In this document: positions 53,706 to 63,656 of the stretch, in pieces
How positions within the stretch are numbered: the first letter of the stretch is position 1
Layout of the letters: each line of letters opens with the position of its first letter
NCBI GenBank assembly: GCA_036259835.1
Contig: DATABA010000022.1
Location: 15,087-79,086 of the forward strand
DNA length: 64,000 nucleotides
Direction: 5' to 3'
Origin: Actinomycetota bacterium
Lineage (GTDB): Bacteria; Actinomycetota; UBA4738
The notes under the pieces: model-generated
The model's input: only the letters and a program-made list of their open reading frames with translations
What the model was told of the DNA's origin: nothing
The model's database searches: none
Position numbers and translations under genes: made by a program

Positions 53706-55181
53706 TTAGATCCAGCTGCGGAACCACATGCGCATCTGCCAGGCGGAGTGTGAAATCGCCTGGCCAGTGAGGACCGGGTAGAAGAAAAAGAAGAGCGCGA
53801 CCGAAAGCAAGACCACAATCGCCGAGACGGGAGGGATCTCCCAGCGCCACCGATCAGTCAGCCGGGTCGTGAGATGACGCGTGTCCCGGAGCACATAGAC
53901 AAGCGCCAGAACCATGAACGGCGTCATGGGCGCCATATAGAAGAAGAACGTCGTTCGCGCGGGGAGGAACCACAGGAAGTATTGAATGGCGAAGGCCATG
54001 ACGATGAGGGCGGCCCGCCAGTCTCGGCGCCGCACCCCCGCAACCAACGTGTACGGCAACGCCAGGACGCTTCCCCAAAAGATCACCGGGTTTCCGATGG
54101 CGAGGATCTCCGAGGGCAGGCACCTCTCCGGCTGCCCGATGCACCGGTAGTAGTACGCGACCGGGCGCTCCATCACCAACCAGGTCCAGGCGCGAGACGC
54201 GTACGGGTGTTTCGCCCGCAGATCCAGTGAGAACGAGGCCATCCCCCGTTGGATGTCCCACCATCCCCCGAGGTCGACCCCGTTGGCCCAGAACCAGTTC
54301 GCGTAGGACGCCATGTACACGCCAATCGGAAGCATGACCAGGAACCAGAAAATCCCGAAGCTCTCATCGCGAACCGCCTCCATCAACGGGCGCTCCAGTC
54401 CGAGGCGGCCTCGTCGTGACCGTTCCCACGCCAGCGACAGCACGATGGCGACGAGGAGGGGAGGAATACCGGACCACTTGCTCGCCGCCCCCATGCCGAA
54501 CGCGAGACCGGCGGCGAGCCGCCACGGCCTGAAGATGGGAGAAGGCGGCCGATCAGGCGGAAGGTCCAGCAGCTCGCTGTCGACGCCTTGACCTGCCGGC
54601 TGGAGGGCGGGGGTTCGACGCTCGATCCACTCGCGGTCGAGCACCAAGCAAAGGAACCCTCCGACGACGAACATGGTGACGAAGATGTCGATCATCGCGA
54701 TTCGCGACTGCACGAAATGGAGGCTTTCCGTCGCCAGGAGCAGCCCGGCCACGGCGGCCCACGCCGTGCTGGCGAAAAGCTTCCGCGCGAGGAGAGAGAG
54801 AAGCAGGACCGACAACGTGCCGGCGATCGCGGACGTAACCCGCCACCCAAACGGGTTGTTGCCGTACGCCGCGACGCCTCCCGCCATGATCCAACGGCCG
54901 AGCGGGGGATGGACGGTGAAGGTCTGCTCACCCGGCGCCTTGAGCTTGCACTCGCGGAAGGGGAAGCCGGCGTCGTAGCAAGCGTCCTTCGCGTAGTACA
55001 CCTCGTCGAAGACGTACGTCGGCGGCGTCGAGAGGTGGTAGAAGCGAAGTCCGGCAGCCAGCGCCGTCACCGCGAGGATGGCCACCAGGGGGTGCTGATA
55101 GGCACGTCGGCGGTGGTGTCGATCCGATCGTCCCGGCCGAACGGGTTCCGCGGTAGTCACGACCTCGGTTTCGCTCTCCAC
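53706..55181 (-). CDS. pmt: Dolichyl/polyprenyl-phosphate-mannose protein mannosyltransferase (GT39, Pmt)
   Basis: YVFDEVYYAKDA (the DE motif) in a polytopic protein, divergent from rsmI as in mycobacteria. Start set to GTG 55181; the track ORF extends to 55361 across the rsmI start. Confidence 0.75.
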   Translation of the reverse strand: MESETEVVTTAEPVRPGRSDRHHRRRAYQHPLVAILAVTALAAGLRFYHLSTPPTYVFDEVYYAKDACYDAGFPFRECKLKAPGEQTFTVHPPLGRWIMAGGVAAYGNNPFGWRVTSAIAGTLSVLLLSLLARKLFASTAWAAVAGLLLATESLHFVQSRIAMIDIFVTMFVVGGFLCLVLDREWIERRTPALQPAGQGVDSELLDLPPDRPPSPIFRPWRLAAGLAFGMGAASKWSGIPPLLVAIVLSLAWERSRRGRLGLERPLMEAVRDESFGIFWFLVMLPIGVYMASYANWFWANGVDLGGWWDIQRGMASFSLDLRAKHPYASRAWTWLVMERPVAYYYRCIGQPERCLPSEILAIGNPVIFWGSVLALPYTLVAGVRRRDWRAALIVMAFAIQYFLWFLPARTTFFFYMAPMTPFMVLALVYVLRDTRHLTTRLTDRWRWEIPPVSAIVVLLSVALFFFFYPVLTGQAISHSAWQMRMWFRSWI

Positions 55182-55251
55182 CGACCCGAGGATAAACGGG
55201 CCGGTCAGCCCTTCGGTCCGGCTGCAACGAGCGTGTCGCCATAATCGAGGT

Positions 55252-56097
55252 GTGGCGGGCACCCTGTTCCTCGTCGGGACGCCGATCGGAAATCTGGAAG
55301 ACCTGACTGAACGGGCACGGCGCGTTCTCGCTTCCGTGGACTTGATCGCCGCGGAAGACACCCGCCGTACCGGACGGCTTCTTCAGCGTCTCGGGATCAA
55401 GGCGTCGATGGTGTCGTTTTTCGAGGGAAACGAAGAGAAGCGACTGCCCGAGCTCATCGAGGCGCTTCGAGGAGGTTCGAGCGTCGCCGTGGTCTCAGAC
55501 GCGGGCATGCCTGCGCTCTCGGATCCTGGTTATCGCCTGGTCGCGGCGTGCGTGGAAGAGGGGATTCCGGTCGACGTCGCGCCCGGGCCCTCCGCCGCAG
55601 TCGCCGCCCTGGTCATTTCCGGCCTCCCCACGGACCGCTTCGTGTTCGAGGGATTTCTGCCGCGTTCGGGCCGGCGTCGTTCTGAGCGCCTCGAGGCGCT
55701 TGGCCCGGAGCCTCGGACGATCGTTCTGTTCGAATCCCCTCGACGAGCCGCCGGTCTCCTCGAGGACCTCCGTAACAGGCTGGGAAATCGCCGCGCCGCG
55801 CTGGTCCGCGAACTCACGAAGCAGCATCAGGAGGTGCTTCGAGGCGGCATCACCGACCTCCTCGAAGAAGTGAAGACCCGCGAGCTTCGAGGCGAGGTCG
55901 TGCTGGTGGTCGAGGGGTCAAGCGAAGAAACGGGAGAAGTCGACGATCAAGACGCTGTCGCCATGGCCTCCCAGATGGTGGCGAAAGGAGAGCGAAAGCG
56001 GGAGGCCGCTCGCCGGGCCGGCCGGCTGACCGGGGTTCCGGCCAACCGAATCTACGCCCGGCTCGCGTCCTCCCGCCCGATTCGCCCTACGGACTGA
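55252..56097 (+). CDS. rsmI: 16S rRNA (cytidine1402-2'-O)-methyltransferase
   Basis: GTLFLVGTPIGNLEDLT, AEDTRRTG and SDAGMPALSDPG. Confidence 0.9.
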   Translation: MAGTLFLVGTPIGNLEDLTERARRVLASVDLIAAEDTRRTGRLLQRLGIKASMVSFFEGNEEKRLPELIEALRGGSSVAVVSDAGMPALSDPGYRLVAACVEEGIPVDVAPGPSAAVAALVISGLPTDRFVFEGFLPRSGRRRSERLEALGPEPRTIVLFESPRRAAGLLEDLRNRLGNRRAALVRELTKQHQEVLRGGITDLLEEVKTRELRGEVVLVVEGSSEETGEVDDQDAVAMASQMVAKGERKREAARRAGRLTGVPANRIYARLASSRPIRPTD

Positions 56098-56110
56098 CTC
56101 GAATTGCTCG

Positions 56111-56848
56111 TTACGCCGAGGCCGCGACCGGCGCTCGGCCGTCAACACGCGTGCTCCCCGCCGGTCGGTCCGCCCTGCTCGGGACGCGCTGCATCACCAG
56201 GATGCTGGTGACCAGGATCCACGCCACGAACAGAAGGAACATGGCGTAGCCGTATGCGCCCCCGGCGGCCAGCATGCCCCGCTCGACGAACGCCGAGGCA
56301 GCGGCCACGATGAAGCCGATGCTCAGGACGCCGCTGAGTCGTGCATGCCAGGCGGGAAGAGCGCCCGTTCGGGATGACACAACTGCCGTCGCGCCGACGA
56401 GAACTGCGATCGGGAACCACGCGAGACTGAAGACCATGTTTCCGACGTCGAACAGCGCCCTCATTACTGCCTCGCTTCCCGGGACAGCGCTCTGGGCAAC
56501 GCTGAACGCCAGAGCGCTCGTCACGGCGGTTCCGATCAGGGCCATGGTCCCGGCGACGAGCCCGCCGCCGAACGCGATCGAAGCCATGCGTCCGGTCTCG
56601 CCCTCCGCGCGCATGAGATGGCTGCGGAGACTCCCCGTGAACCACAGTGCGAAGGCGATGGCCAGCCCGGTTACGTATCCGGCCATGAGCAAGCCGTCGC
56701 GGTGCTCGCGGAAGTACCCCTGAATCTGACCGAGCGAGTCATCGGCCGCCGGAGGGGACTGTGGAACCAGGAGCACCGTCGCCACGGCGAGGATCCCGAA
56801 CGCGATCCCTGACGCGGCGCCGTACCGCTCCCATGCAGAACCATCCAT
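56111..56848 (-). CDS. Hypothetical polytopic membrane protein
   Basis: Six or seven hydrophobic helices. No family recognised with confidence. Confidence 0.4.
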   Translation of the reverse strand: MDGSAWERYGAASGIAFGILAVATVLLVPQSPPAADDSLGQIQGYFREHRDGLLMAGYVTGLAIAFALWFTGSLRSHLMRAEGETGRMASIAFGGGLVAGTMALIGTAVTSALAFSVAQSAVPGSEAVMRALFDVGNMVFSLAWFPIAVLVGATAVVSSRTGALPAWHARLSGVLSIGFIVAAASAFVERGMLAAGGAYGYAMFLLFVAWILVTSILVMQRVPSRADRPAGSTRVDGRAPVAASA

Positions 56849-56930
56849 CGGATCTCCTTTCTTGGCCGCCCCGGAGTGGGACGTTCGCCTGACTTGGTTT
56901 GGCCCAGGAGAGAAGGAAACGGTTACACCG

Positions 56931-57851
56931 TCAGACGGCCGAGGCCGGCTCGACTCGCTCCTCGGGTGGACGCCGAGCCGAAATTTCGGAATACGTCATG
57001 GCGCCCAGCACAAGCACCGCTCCCACCCATTGATGCGCGGAAAGGCGCTCCGCGATCCAGATCGCGCTGAACAGCGCGGCGAACAACGCTTCACCCGCCA
57101 ACAGGACGACCGCACGGCTCGCGGTCAGCGTCCGCTGCCCGATGATCTGGAGGGTGTACGCAACGCCGGAGCCGAGAACGCCGGTCAGAAAGAGCAGCGG
57201 AAAGACCGATGCCGACAACGCCACGCCGGTTCGAAACCCGATGGTCGAAGTGGCGAGGACCTGCAGCAACGCCGTCACTCCCATTTGTGAAAGCGAGAGC
57301 GACCACGCCGAGAACTTCGGTGAGAGGCGGCTCACACCAACCACGTGACCGGCCCACACGACGGCGCCCGCGAGCACCAGAAGGTCACCACCGTAGACAC
57401 GGATGTCGCCGAGCTCGCGAATGGACAACAGCGCCAGCCCGATCACGGAGATTCCAACCGAGAGCCACGCGGCGCGAGGCACCCTTTGCCGGAACAGCAT
57501 TGCCGCGAGGATCGGTGTGAAGACGACGTAGAGGCCGGTGATGAATCCGGCGTTCGTGGCCGTCGTTCGCTTCAGGCCCTCCGTCTGCAGGATGTACGCG
57601 ACGAAGATCAGCGCACCGAGCAGGAGTCCCGCTCGAACGACGTCTCCCCGTGTGCTGGGATTGCTGTTCTTCTCCCGGCCTCTGAGGAGTGGAACCATCA
57701 ACAGGATCGACACGAAGCCAAGCGCTCTGGTCCATGCCATGAAGACGAGCGGAGGGAGCTGATCCAGAGCCAGCTTGCCGGCGGGGAACGTGATGCCCCA
57801 CAGGATGGGGGTCGGCAAGAGGAGCAATCCGGGATCGATGCGGCGCCGCAC
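56931..57851 (-). CDS. DMT-superfamily (EamA) transporter
   Basis: About ten TM helices in two EamA-like halves. Confidence 0.7.
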   Translation of the reverse strand: MRRRIDPGLLLLPTPILWGITFPAGKLALDQLPPLVFMAWTRALGFVSILLMVPLLRGREKNSNPSTRGDVVRAGLLLGALIFVAYILQTEGLKRTTATNAGFITGLYVVFTPILAAMLFRQRVPRAAWLSVGISVIGLALLSIRELGDIRVYGGDLLVLAGAVVWAGHVVGVSRLSPKFSAWSLSLSQMGVTALLQVLATSTIGFRTGVALSASVFPLLFLTGVLGSGVAYTLQIIGQRTLTASRAVVLLAGEALFAALFSAIWIAERLSAHQWVGAVLVLGAMTYSEISARRPPEERVEPASAV

Positions 57852-57909
57852 GAGCCGGACGATACAGGCTCCATGAGCGTGCTTGTGCGCTGCCTACAAT
57901 GACCGCACC

Positions 57910-59442
57910 GTGAAGGACTCCTTCTACATCACCACTCCGATCTACTACCCGAACGACGTCCCGCACATCGGGCACGCCTACACGACCGTTGCCACGGACT
58001 TCATCGCCCGGTACCGCCGATTGAGAGGTGACGAAACGTACTTCCTGACCGGAACGGATGAACATGGGTTGAACCTTCAAAGAGCTGCGGAGGCGAAGGG
58101 CGAAACGCCGAAGTCGTTCGTCGACGCGATGGAGCCAAGGTGGCGGGAAGTCTGGGAGCGGCTCGAGATCTCGTACACCGACTACATCCGAACCACCGAA
58201 CCCCGCCATCACGCGGCCGTTCAGAAGCTCCTCACCACCGTGTACGAAAACGGTCGGGACGATATTTATCTGGGCACCTACGAGGGCCTGTACTGCGTCT
58301 CCTGCGAGCTCTATTACTCGGAGGACGAGCTCGTGGAGGGTAACTGTCCAATTCACGAGCGACCGGTCGAGCGGATGGCGGAGCAGAACTATTTCTTCCG
58401 GTTGTCCGCGTACCAGGACCGGCTGCTCGAGCACTACGAACAGCACCCGGACGCGGTGGAGCCTGATTTCCGGAGAAACGAGGTCCTGTCCCTGATCAAA
58501 GGCGGGCTCCAGGACTTCTCGATCTCCCGAACCTCGTTCGACTGGGGAATCCCGCTTCCATGGGACCCCGCGCATATCTGCTACGTGTGGTTCGACGCGC
58601 TCACCAACTACATGACCTCGGCGGGATACGGCTCGGACGAAAAGCGGTTCGCCCGACTCTGGCCCGCTGACGTGCACATGATCGGAAAGGACATCGTTCG
58701 GCAGCACGCCGTGTACTGGCCGGCCATGCTGATGGCAGCGGGTATCGAACCTCCGCTGCAGGTCTTCGTTCACGGCCATCTGCTGGTGGGCGGGAAGAAG
58801 ATGTCGAAGACCCGTCTCACCGGCATCCACCCTTTCCAGCTGATCGATCACTTCGGCGTCGACGCCTACCGCTATTACTTCCTGCGGGAGATCCGGTTCG
58901 GGCAGGATGGAAACTTTTCGTGGGAATCGATGCTGGCTCGCTACAACGCCGATCTGGCAAATGGGCTCGGCAACCTGGCCAGCCGGGTTTTGGCGATGAC
59001 CGACTCCTACTTCGACGGAAAGGTCCCCGAGCCAACCGGCAGCGGAGGCGGACGCCTCAGCGCAGCCGCGAACAGTTTGTCGAAGCGGTTCGAGGAGCAC
59101 ATGCTCGCCTTCGAGCTCACCGAGGCGGTTGGCGCGCTGGACGAGTTCGTCCGTGAGGCCAATCGATACCTGGTAGAGGTCGCGCCGTGGAACCTCGCGA
59201 AGCAGCCGGATCGCAGGCAGGAGCTCGCGGACGCGCTGTACGAGGCGCTCGAGGGGCTGCGGCTGGTCGCGCTGTTCTCGTTTCCGATCATGCCGGACGC
59301 CGCCCGCCGGCTGTGGACGCAGTTGGGAATCGAAGGTTCTCCCGAGGACCAGCGACTCCCCGACGCCGCATCGTGGGGGCGCCTCGTGCCGGGCGCGGCC
59401 ACGGCGCGTGGCGACGCTCTGTTTCCGCGGCTCGACGAGTGA
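57910..59442 (+). CDS. metG: Methionine--tRNA ligase
   Basis: FYITTPIYYPNDVPHIGHAYT (HIGH) and KKMSKTR (KMSKS). Start chosen at GTG 57910; the track gives TTG 57883. Confidence 0.9.
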   Translation: MKDSFYITTPIYYPNDVPHIGHAYTTVATDFIARYRRLRGDETYFLTGTDEHGLNLQRAAEAKGETPKSFVDAMEPRWREVWERLEISYTDYIRTTEPRHHAAVQKLLTTVYENGRDDIYLGTYEGLYCVSCELYYSEDELVEGNCPIHERPVERMAEQNYFFRLSAYQDRLLEHYEQHPDAVEPDFRRNEVLSLIKGGLQDFSISRTSFDWGIPLPWDPAHICYVWFDALTNYMTSAGYGSDEKRFARLWPADVHMIGKDIVRQHAVYWPAMLMAAGIEPPLQVFVHGHLLVGGKKMSKTRLTGIHPFQLIDHFGVDAYRYYFLREIRFGQDGNFSWESMLARYNADLANGLGNLASRVLAMTDSYFDGKVPEPTGSGGGRLSAAANSLSKRFEEHMLAFELTEAVGALDEFVREANRYLVEVAPWNLAKQPDRRQELADALYEALEGLRLVALFSFPIMPDAARRLWTQLGIEGSPEDQRLPDAASWGRLVPGAATARGDALFPRLDE

Positions 59443-60227
59443 CGCCCGCCTCGCCCGACGGCGTCCTGTCCGCGGTCGACACTCACTGCCATCTCTTTCT
59501 TATGGAAGAGAAGCCGGAAGACGTGCTGCGATCCGCTGCCGAGGCAGGGGTGGACCGTTTGATCTGTGTCGGGATCGACGTCGAATCCAGTACTCGGTCA
59601 GTTGAGCTCGCCCGATCTTTCTCCGGCATCTTCGCCACCGCCGGCGTTCATCCTCACACGGCTTCCGAATTCGATCGGAACTCGAGGGCGAATCTCGAGG
59701 CGCTGGCTTCCGCGTCCGTTGTCGTCGGAATCGGAGAAACGGGGCTCGATTACTACCGTGAGCTGTCTCCGCGGGGAGATCAGCACCGAGCGTTTCGCGA
59801 GCACATCGCGGTGTCGGTGGATTCGGGAAAGCCCTTGGTCGTGCACGTCCGGGAGGCGTGGGAGGACGCGCTCCGGATTCTCGAGGAAGAGAGGGCCGAG
59901 AAGGTCGTCCTGCACTGCTTTTCGGGTGACGAGGCGCTCGCGAAAGAGGCCACCGCTCGCGGCTACTTCCTGTCGTTTGCCGGAAACGTGACATACCCCA
60001 ACGCGGGTGCGTTGCGTGACGCTGCCGGCGCGGTTACGCCCGACCAGATTCTCTGCGAAACCGACAGCCCTTTCCTTGCCCCTCAGGTGGTTCGGGGGCG
60101 AGCGAACAGCCCGGCCAATCTGCCGTTCACGCTGGCGGCTCTGGCCGAGGTTCGGGGCGTCTCCGTTGCCGAGGTCGCGGCGGCGACGGCCGCGGCCGCT
60201 CAGTCAGCCTTCCGACTGTCCCCATAA
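59439..60227 (+). CDS. tatD: TatD-family metal-dependent hydrolase
   Basis: VDTHCHL, GVHPH, GETGLDY and ETDSPFL. GTG 59439 overlaps the metG stop (GTGA). Confidence 0.85.
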   Translation: MTPASPDGVLSAVDTHCHLFLMEEKPEDVLRSAAEAGVDRLICVGIDVESSTRSVELARSFSGIFATAGVHPHTASEFDRNSRANLEALASASVVVGIGETGLDYYRELSPRGDQHRAFREHIAVSVDSGKPLVVHVREAWEDALRILEEERAEKVVLHCFSGDEALAKEATARGYFLSFAGNVTYPNAGALRDAAGAVTPDQILCETDSPFLAPQVVRGRANSPANLPFTLAALAEVRGVSVAEVAAATAAAAQSAFRLSP

Positions 60228-60230
60228 GCG

Positions 60231-61103
60231 ATGGGAGGAGGCAGGCCGTCGATCGCGGGGCCGCGCCTCACCCCAGCGTCGCTTCGGGCCCTTGCCGCCC
60301 GTCACGGGGTTCGACCCAAGAAGTCGCTCGGACAGCACTTTCTGATCGAACCGGCGCTGGCGAAACGCATCGTCGAGATCGCCGAAGTCGGCCCCGACGA
60401 TCGGGTCTTGGAGGTCGGCGCTGGCCTCGGCTCGCTCACCGTAGCCCTCGCCCAGACGGCGGGTGAGGTGGTCGCCGTCGAGCTCGACCGAGCGTTGCTT
60501 CCGGCTCTCCGTGAAGTGGTGGAGGGTTTGCCACGCGTTCGCGTGGTGGCCGAGGACGCCGTCCGCGTCGATTGGGCTCACCTTTTGGGACCCGGCAGTT
60601 GGAAGATGGTCGCCAACCTCCCATACAACGTCGCCGTCCCCGTCGTCATGCGGGCGCTCGAAGACGAACCGCGGATCGCCAGCCTTCTCGTCATGGTTCA
60701 ACGGGAGGTCGGCGAGCGGCTGGTGGCGGCGTCGGGGGACGAGCAGTACGGAGCGGTCAGCGTCCGCGTCGCCTACCGGGCCGAGGGACGCGTGGTGCGC
60801 CGAGTTCCGAAGACGGTGTTCTGGCCCGAGCCGAAGATCGAGTCGGTCCTGGTCTCGTTGGTTCGCCGTCCGCCGCCCGTGACTGTCGACGAATCGGCCC
60901 TGTGGCGAGTGGTGGACGAGGCGTTCGCCCAGCGGCGAAAGACGGTTGCGAACGCCCTGGTTCGGTTGGGGGTCGAACGACCGGAAGCCGAGTCGATTCT
61001 TCGCCATTGCGGTCTTGTCATGACGGTGCGCGCGGAGCAGCTCGATCTCGCTGCGTTCGCCTGCGTGGCCGACCGATGGGCGGCGGTGACTGCTCGGCCG
61101 TGA
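60231..61103 (+). CDS. rsmA: 16S rRNA (adenine1518/1519-N6)-dimethyltransferase
   Basis: KKSLGQHFL, VLEVGAGLGSLT and NLPYNVA. Confidence 0.9.
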   Translation: MGGGRPSIAGPRLTPASLRALAARHGVRPKKSLGQHFLIEPALAKRIVEIAEVGPDDRVLEVGAGLGSLTVALAQTAGEVVAVELDRALLPALREVVEGLPRVRVVAEDAVRVDWAHLLGPGSWKMVANLPYNVAVPVVMRALEDEPRIASLLVMVQREVGERLVAASGDEQYGAVSVRVAYRAEGRVVRRVPKTVFWPEPKIESVLVSLVRRPPPVTVDESALWRVVDEAFAQRRKTVANALVRLGVERPEAESILRHCGLVMTVRAEQLDLAAFACVADRWAAVTARP

Positions 61104-61975
61104 GCCGGCCGCCGGCCCCGCTTCCGAACACCAGAGTCGTTCGAGCCAGGGCCAAAGTGAATCTCTTCCTTCGGGTCCACGGCCGGCGTCAAGACGGGTA
61201 CCACGAAGTGGAAACGGCCATCGTCCCCATTTCGCTGGCCGACCGATTGGAGGTCCACGCCGTCGCCGATCCCACCTTCAGGACCCTGTCGCTCGCCCTT
61301 GAGGTAATAGGCGAGCCGGCGACGGTGCGAGCGGTGCCGGCCGATGAGAGCAACCTGGTCCTGCGCGCCGCCGACGCGCTTGCGCGAAGAGTCGAGGCAA
61401 CCGGCTTTGCCGATGTCCTCCTCGAAAAGCGAATCCCAGTCGCGGCTGGGCTGGGTGGAGGAAGCGCCGACGCTGCGGCCGCCCTGCACGCGCTCAACGA
61501 CCTTTGGGGAAGCGGTCTCGACGATGAGGAGCTGCGAAGCCTCGGCGCAGACGTCGGGTCCGACGTCCCGGCCCTCCTGGCCGGTCGGCCGGCCCTGGCT
61601 CGCGGCCGCGGCGAATCGATCGAGCCCCTCGCCCTTCCTTCCATGCGATGGGTCCTGATGCCGTTCAGGTTCGGCGTCTCGACCCGGGATGCCTACTCGT
61701 GGTGGGACGAGGGAGAAGGTGGCACCGGGCCGGACCCCGGGCACTTGATCGACGCCGCTCGCGAGGGCGACGTCGAACAGGCTGGACGGCTTCTCTTCAA
61801 CGACCTCGAGCAGGGAGTGCTCCGGCACCATGCGGAGATCGGCGGGATGAAGCAACGGCTGTTGGACGCCGGAGCGGCAGGCGTTGTGCTCTGCGGGAGC
61901 GGACCGACGCTTGCTGCGCTGGTCTCCCCGGGGGTTGACCTGCGGGTTGACGGCGGGATCGAAGTGGAATCGTGA
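61100..61975 (+). CDS. ispE: 4-diphosphocytidyl-2-C-methyl-D-erythritol kinase
   Basis: AKVNLFLRV and IPVAAGLGGGSADAAAAL. GTG 61100 overlaps the rsmA stop. Confidence 0.85.
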   Translation: MSRPPAPLPNTRVVRARAKVNLFLRVHGRRQDGYHEVETAIVPISLADRLEVHAVADPTFRTLSLALEVIGEPATVRAVPADESNLVLRAADALARRVEATGFADVLLEKRIPVAAGLGGGSADAAAALHALNDLWGSGLDDEELRSLGADVGSDVPALLAGRPALARGRGESIEPLALPSMRWVLMPFRFGVSTRDAYSWWDEGEGGTGPDPGHLIDAAREGDVEQAGRLLFNDLEQGVLRHHAEIGGMKQRLLDAGAAGVVLCGSGPTLAALVSPGVDLRVDGGIEVES

Positions 61976-61979
61976 GTTG

Positions 61980-62051
61980 CTGGGCCCCCGCGACTCGAAC
62001 GCGGATTTCCGGGACCAAAACCCGGCGTCCTGCCAATTGGACGAAGGCCCA
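61980..62051 (-). tRNA. tRNA-Gln (anticodon TTG)
   Basis: The reverse complement is TGGGCCTTCGTCCAATTGGCAGGACGCCGGGTTTTGGTCCCGGAAATCCGCGTTCGAGTCGCGGGGGCCCAG, with anticodon loop TTTTGGT. Confidence 0.85.
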
Positions 62052-62201
62052 CTGAAGCACTTCAACCTTACCTGCTCGGGCTGCCCGTACCGGCACGCCG
62101 GCGCGACCGGGATCCTCTTGCGTCGATGACATAATTTCGCTGCCACTTCTGCACGGCGTGGCACGGAAGAACCGTTACGGACGGCGACCGAAAGGGAACG
62201 C

Positions 62202-63656
62202 TTGGCCGCGCGCAAAACTCCCCGAACCCTTGCCGCTGTGGTACTTGCCGCGGGGCGGGGCAAGCGGATGAAGTCCGCGCGCCCGAAGGTCCTGCACGAC
62301 GTCTGCGGGCGTCCGTCCCTGTGGCACGTGCTGAAGGCGGCGCTCGAGGCTCGTCCGCGGACCCTTGTCGTGGTGGTTCGGGAACGGGGCGACGAGGTCG
62401 AGGAAGCCGTGACGAAGTGGGGGTTGAAGCCGGAACCGACCTTCGTGTACCAGGGAACGCCGCTTGGCACCGGGCATGCCGTTGGTGCGGCCGAGAACGC
62501 CGTCGGTGACTTCGAAGATGTCCTCGTTCTTTCCGGGGATGACCCGCTCATCGGCGGCGAGCAGGTTCGATCGCTGCTCGGTGTCCACCGGCGGTCCAAG
62601 GCGTCGGCGACGATCCTCACGACGATGCTCGACGACCCGGCCGGGTTCGGAAGGGTTATCCGGCGCGGAGGCGAACTCGTCGAGATCGTGCAGGAGGTTG
62701 ACGCGTCGCCCGAGCAGCTCGAGATCAAGGAGGTCTCGACACTGGTGTACGTCTTCCGGCGGGAGGACCTGTTCAGGGCGCTTCCATTGGTGGGACGGGA
62801 GAACAAGCAGAGCGAGTACTACCTCCCCGATGTCATTTCGATATTGAAGGACAAGGGTGAGAAGGTCGGCGTGCTCGCGGTCGACCTCGGCGGAGGGCTC
62901 GGCCTGAACTCGAGAGGCGGACTGGCCGAGGTCTCCAGGATCATGCGGCGGCGGATCATCCAGCGCCACATGGAAAGCGGTGTGACGTTCGTGGACCCGG
63001 CCACCGCGTACGTCGACGTCGACGTCACCATCGGCCGTGACACGCTGATCCTGCCGTTCACCTTTTTGCAGGGCAGCACGCGAGTGGGCGCTCGATGCCG
63101 GATCGGTCCCGGGACCCAGATCGTCGACTCCATGATCGAGGAAGACGCCGAAGTGGCGTTCTCCGTGGTCCGCGGGGCGCGAATCGGCCCCCGAGTGATG
63201 GTCGGTCCCTACGCCAGCATTCGGCCGGGAACGGAGATCGCCGAAGGTGGAAAGGCCGGGACCTTCGTCGAGATGAAAGCAACACGTGTTGGGAAGAGGA
63301 GCAAGGTTCCGCATCTCGCGTATATGGGCGACGCCACGATCGGAGAAGACGTGAACGTCGGCGCGGGGACCATCACCTGCAACTACGACGGGTTCGAGAA
63401 GCACCCAACGGTGATAGAGGACGACGCGTTTATCGGCTCCGATACGATGCTCGTGGCTCCGGTGAAGGTGGGGAAGGGAGCCGTGACCGGAGCGGGATCG
63501 GCCATCACCAAGGATGTCCCCCCAGGCGCCCTGGCGGTGGAGCGAGCCGAGCAGCGCGTGGTCCCGGACTATGCGAAACGAAGAACGCGAGAATCGACCG
63601 GAACCGACGACGGCGAGAAAGGAACGAGGAGGGGGGGCCGCAAGCGTGGCAAATAA
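62202..63656 (+). CDS. glmU: Bifunctional UDP-N-acetylglucosamine pyrophosphorylase / glucosamine-1-phosphate N-acetyltransferase
   Basis: VVLAAGRGKRM, and left-handed beta-helix hexapeptide repeats in the C-terminal half. Confidence 0.9.
   Translation: MAARKTPRTLAAVVLAAGRGKRMKSARPKVLHDVCGRPSLWHVLKAALEARPRTLVVVVRERGDEVEEAVTKWGLKPEPTFVYQGTPLGTGHAVGAAENAVGDFEDVLVLSGDDPLIGGEQVRSLLGVHRRSKASATILTTMLDDPAGFGRVIRRGGELVEIVQEVDASPEQLEIKEVSTLVYVFRREDLFRALPLVGRENKQSEYYLPDVISILKDKGEKVGVLAVDLGGGLGLNSRGGLAEVSRIMRRRIIQRHMESGVTFVDPATAYVDVDVTIGRDTLILPFTFLQGSTRVGARCRIGPGTQIVDSMIEEDAEVAFSVVRGARIGPRVMVGPYASIRPGTEIAEGGKAGTFVEMKATRVGKRSKVPHLAYMGDATIGEDVNVGAGTITCNYDGFEKHPTVIEDDAFIGSDTMLVAPVKVGKGAVTGAGSAITKDVPPGALAVERAEQRVVPDYAKRRTRESTGTDDGEKGTRRGGRKRGK

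Noticed and set aside
57385-59100. 571-aa minus-strand ORF
   Set aside because: It lies antisense to metG, which has clear HIGH and KMSKS motifs. The composition is low-complexity and Arg-rich.
62052-62201. Possible riboswitch or leader upstream of glmU
   Set aside because: I could not recognise any known riboswitch core. The glmS ribozyme regulates glmS, not glmU.
60773-62806. 677-aa minus-strand ORF
   Set aside because: It lies antisense to rsmA, ispE and glmU and reads straight through the tRNA-Gln gene. It is a shadow ORF.
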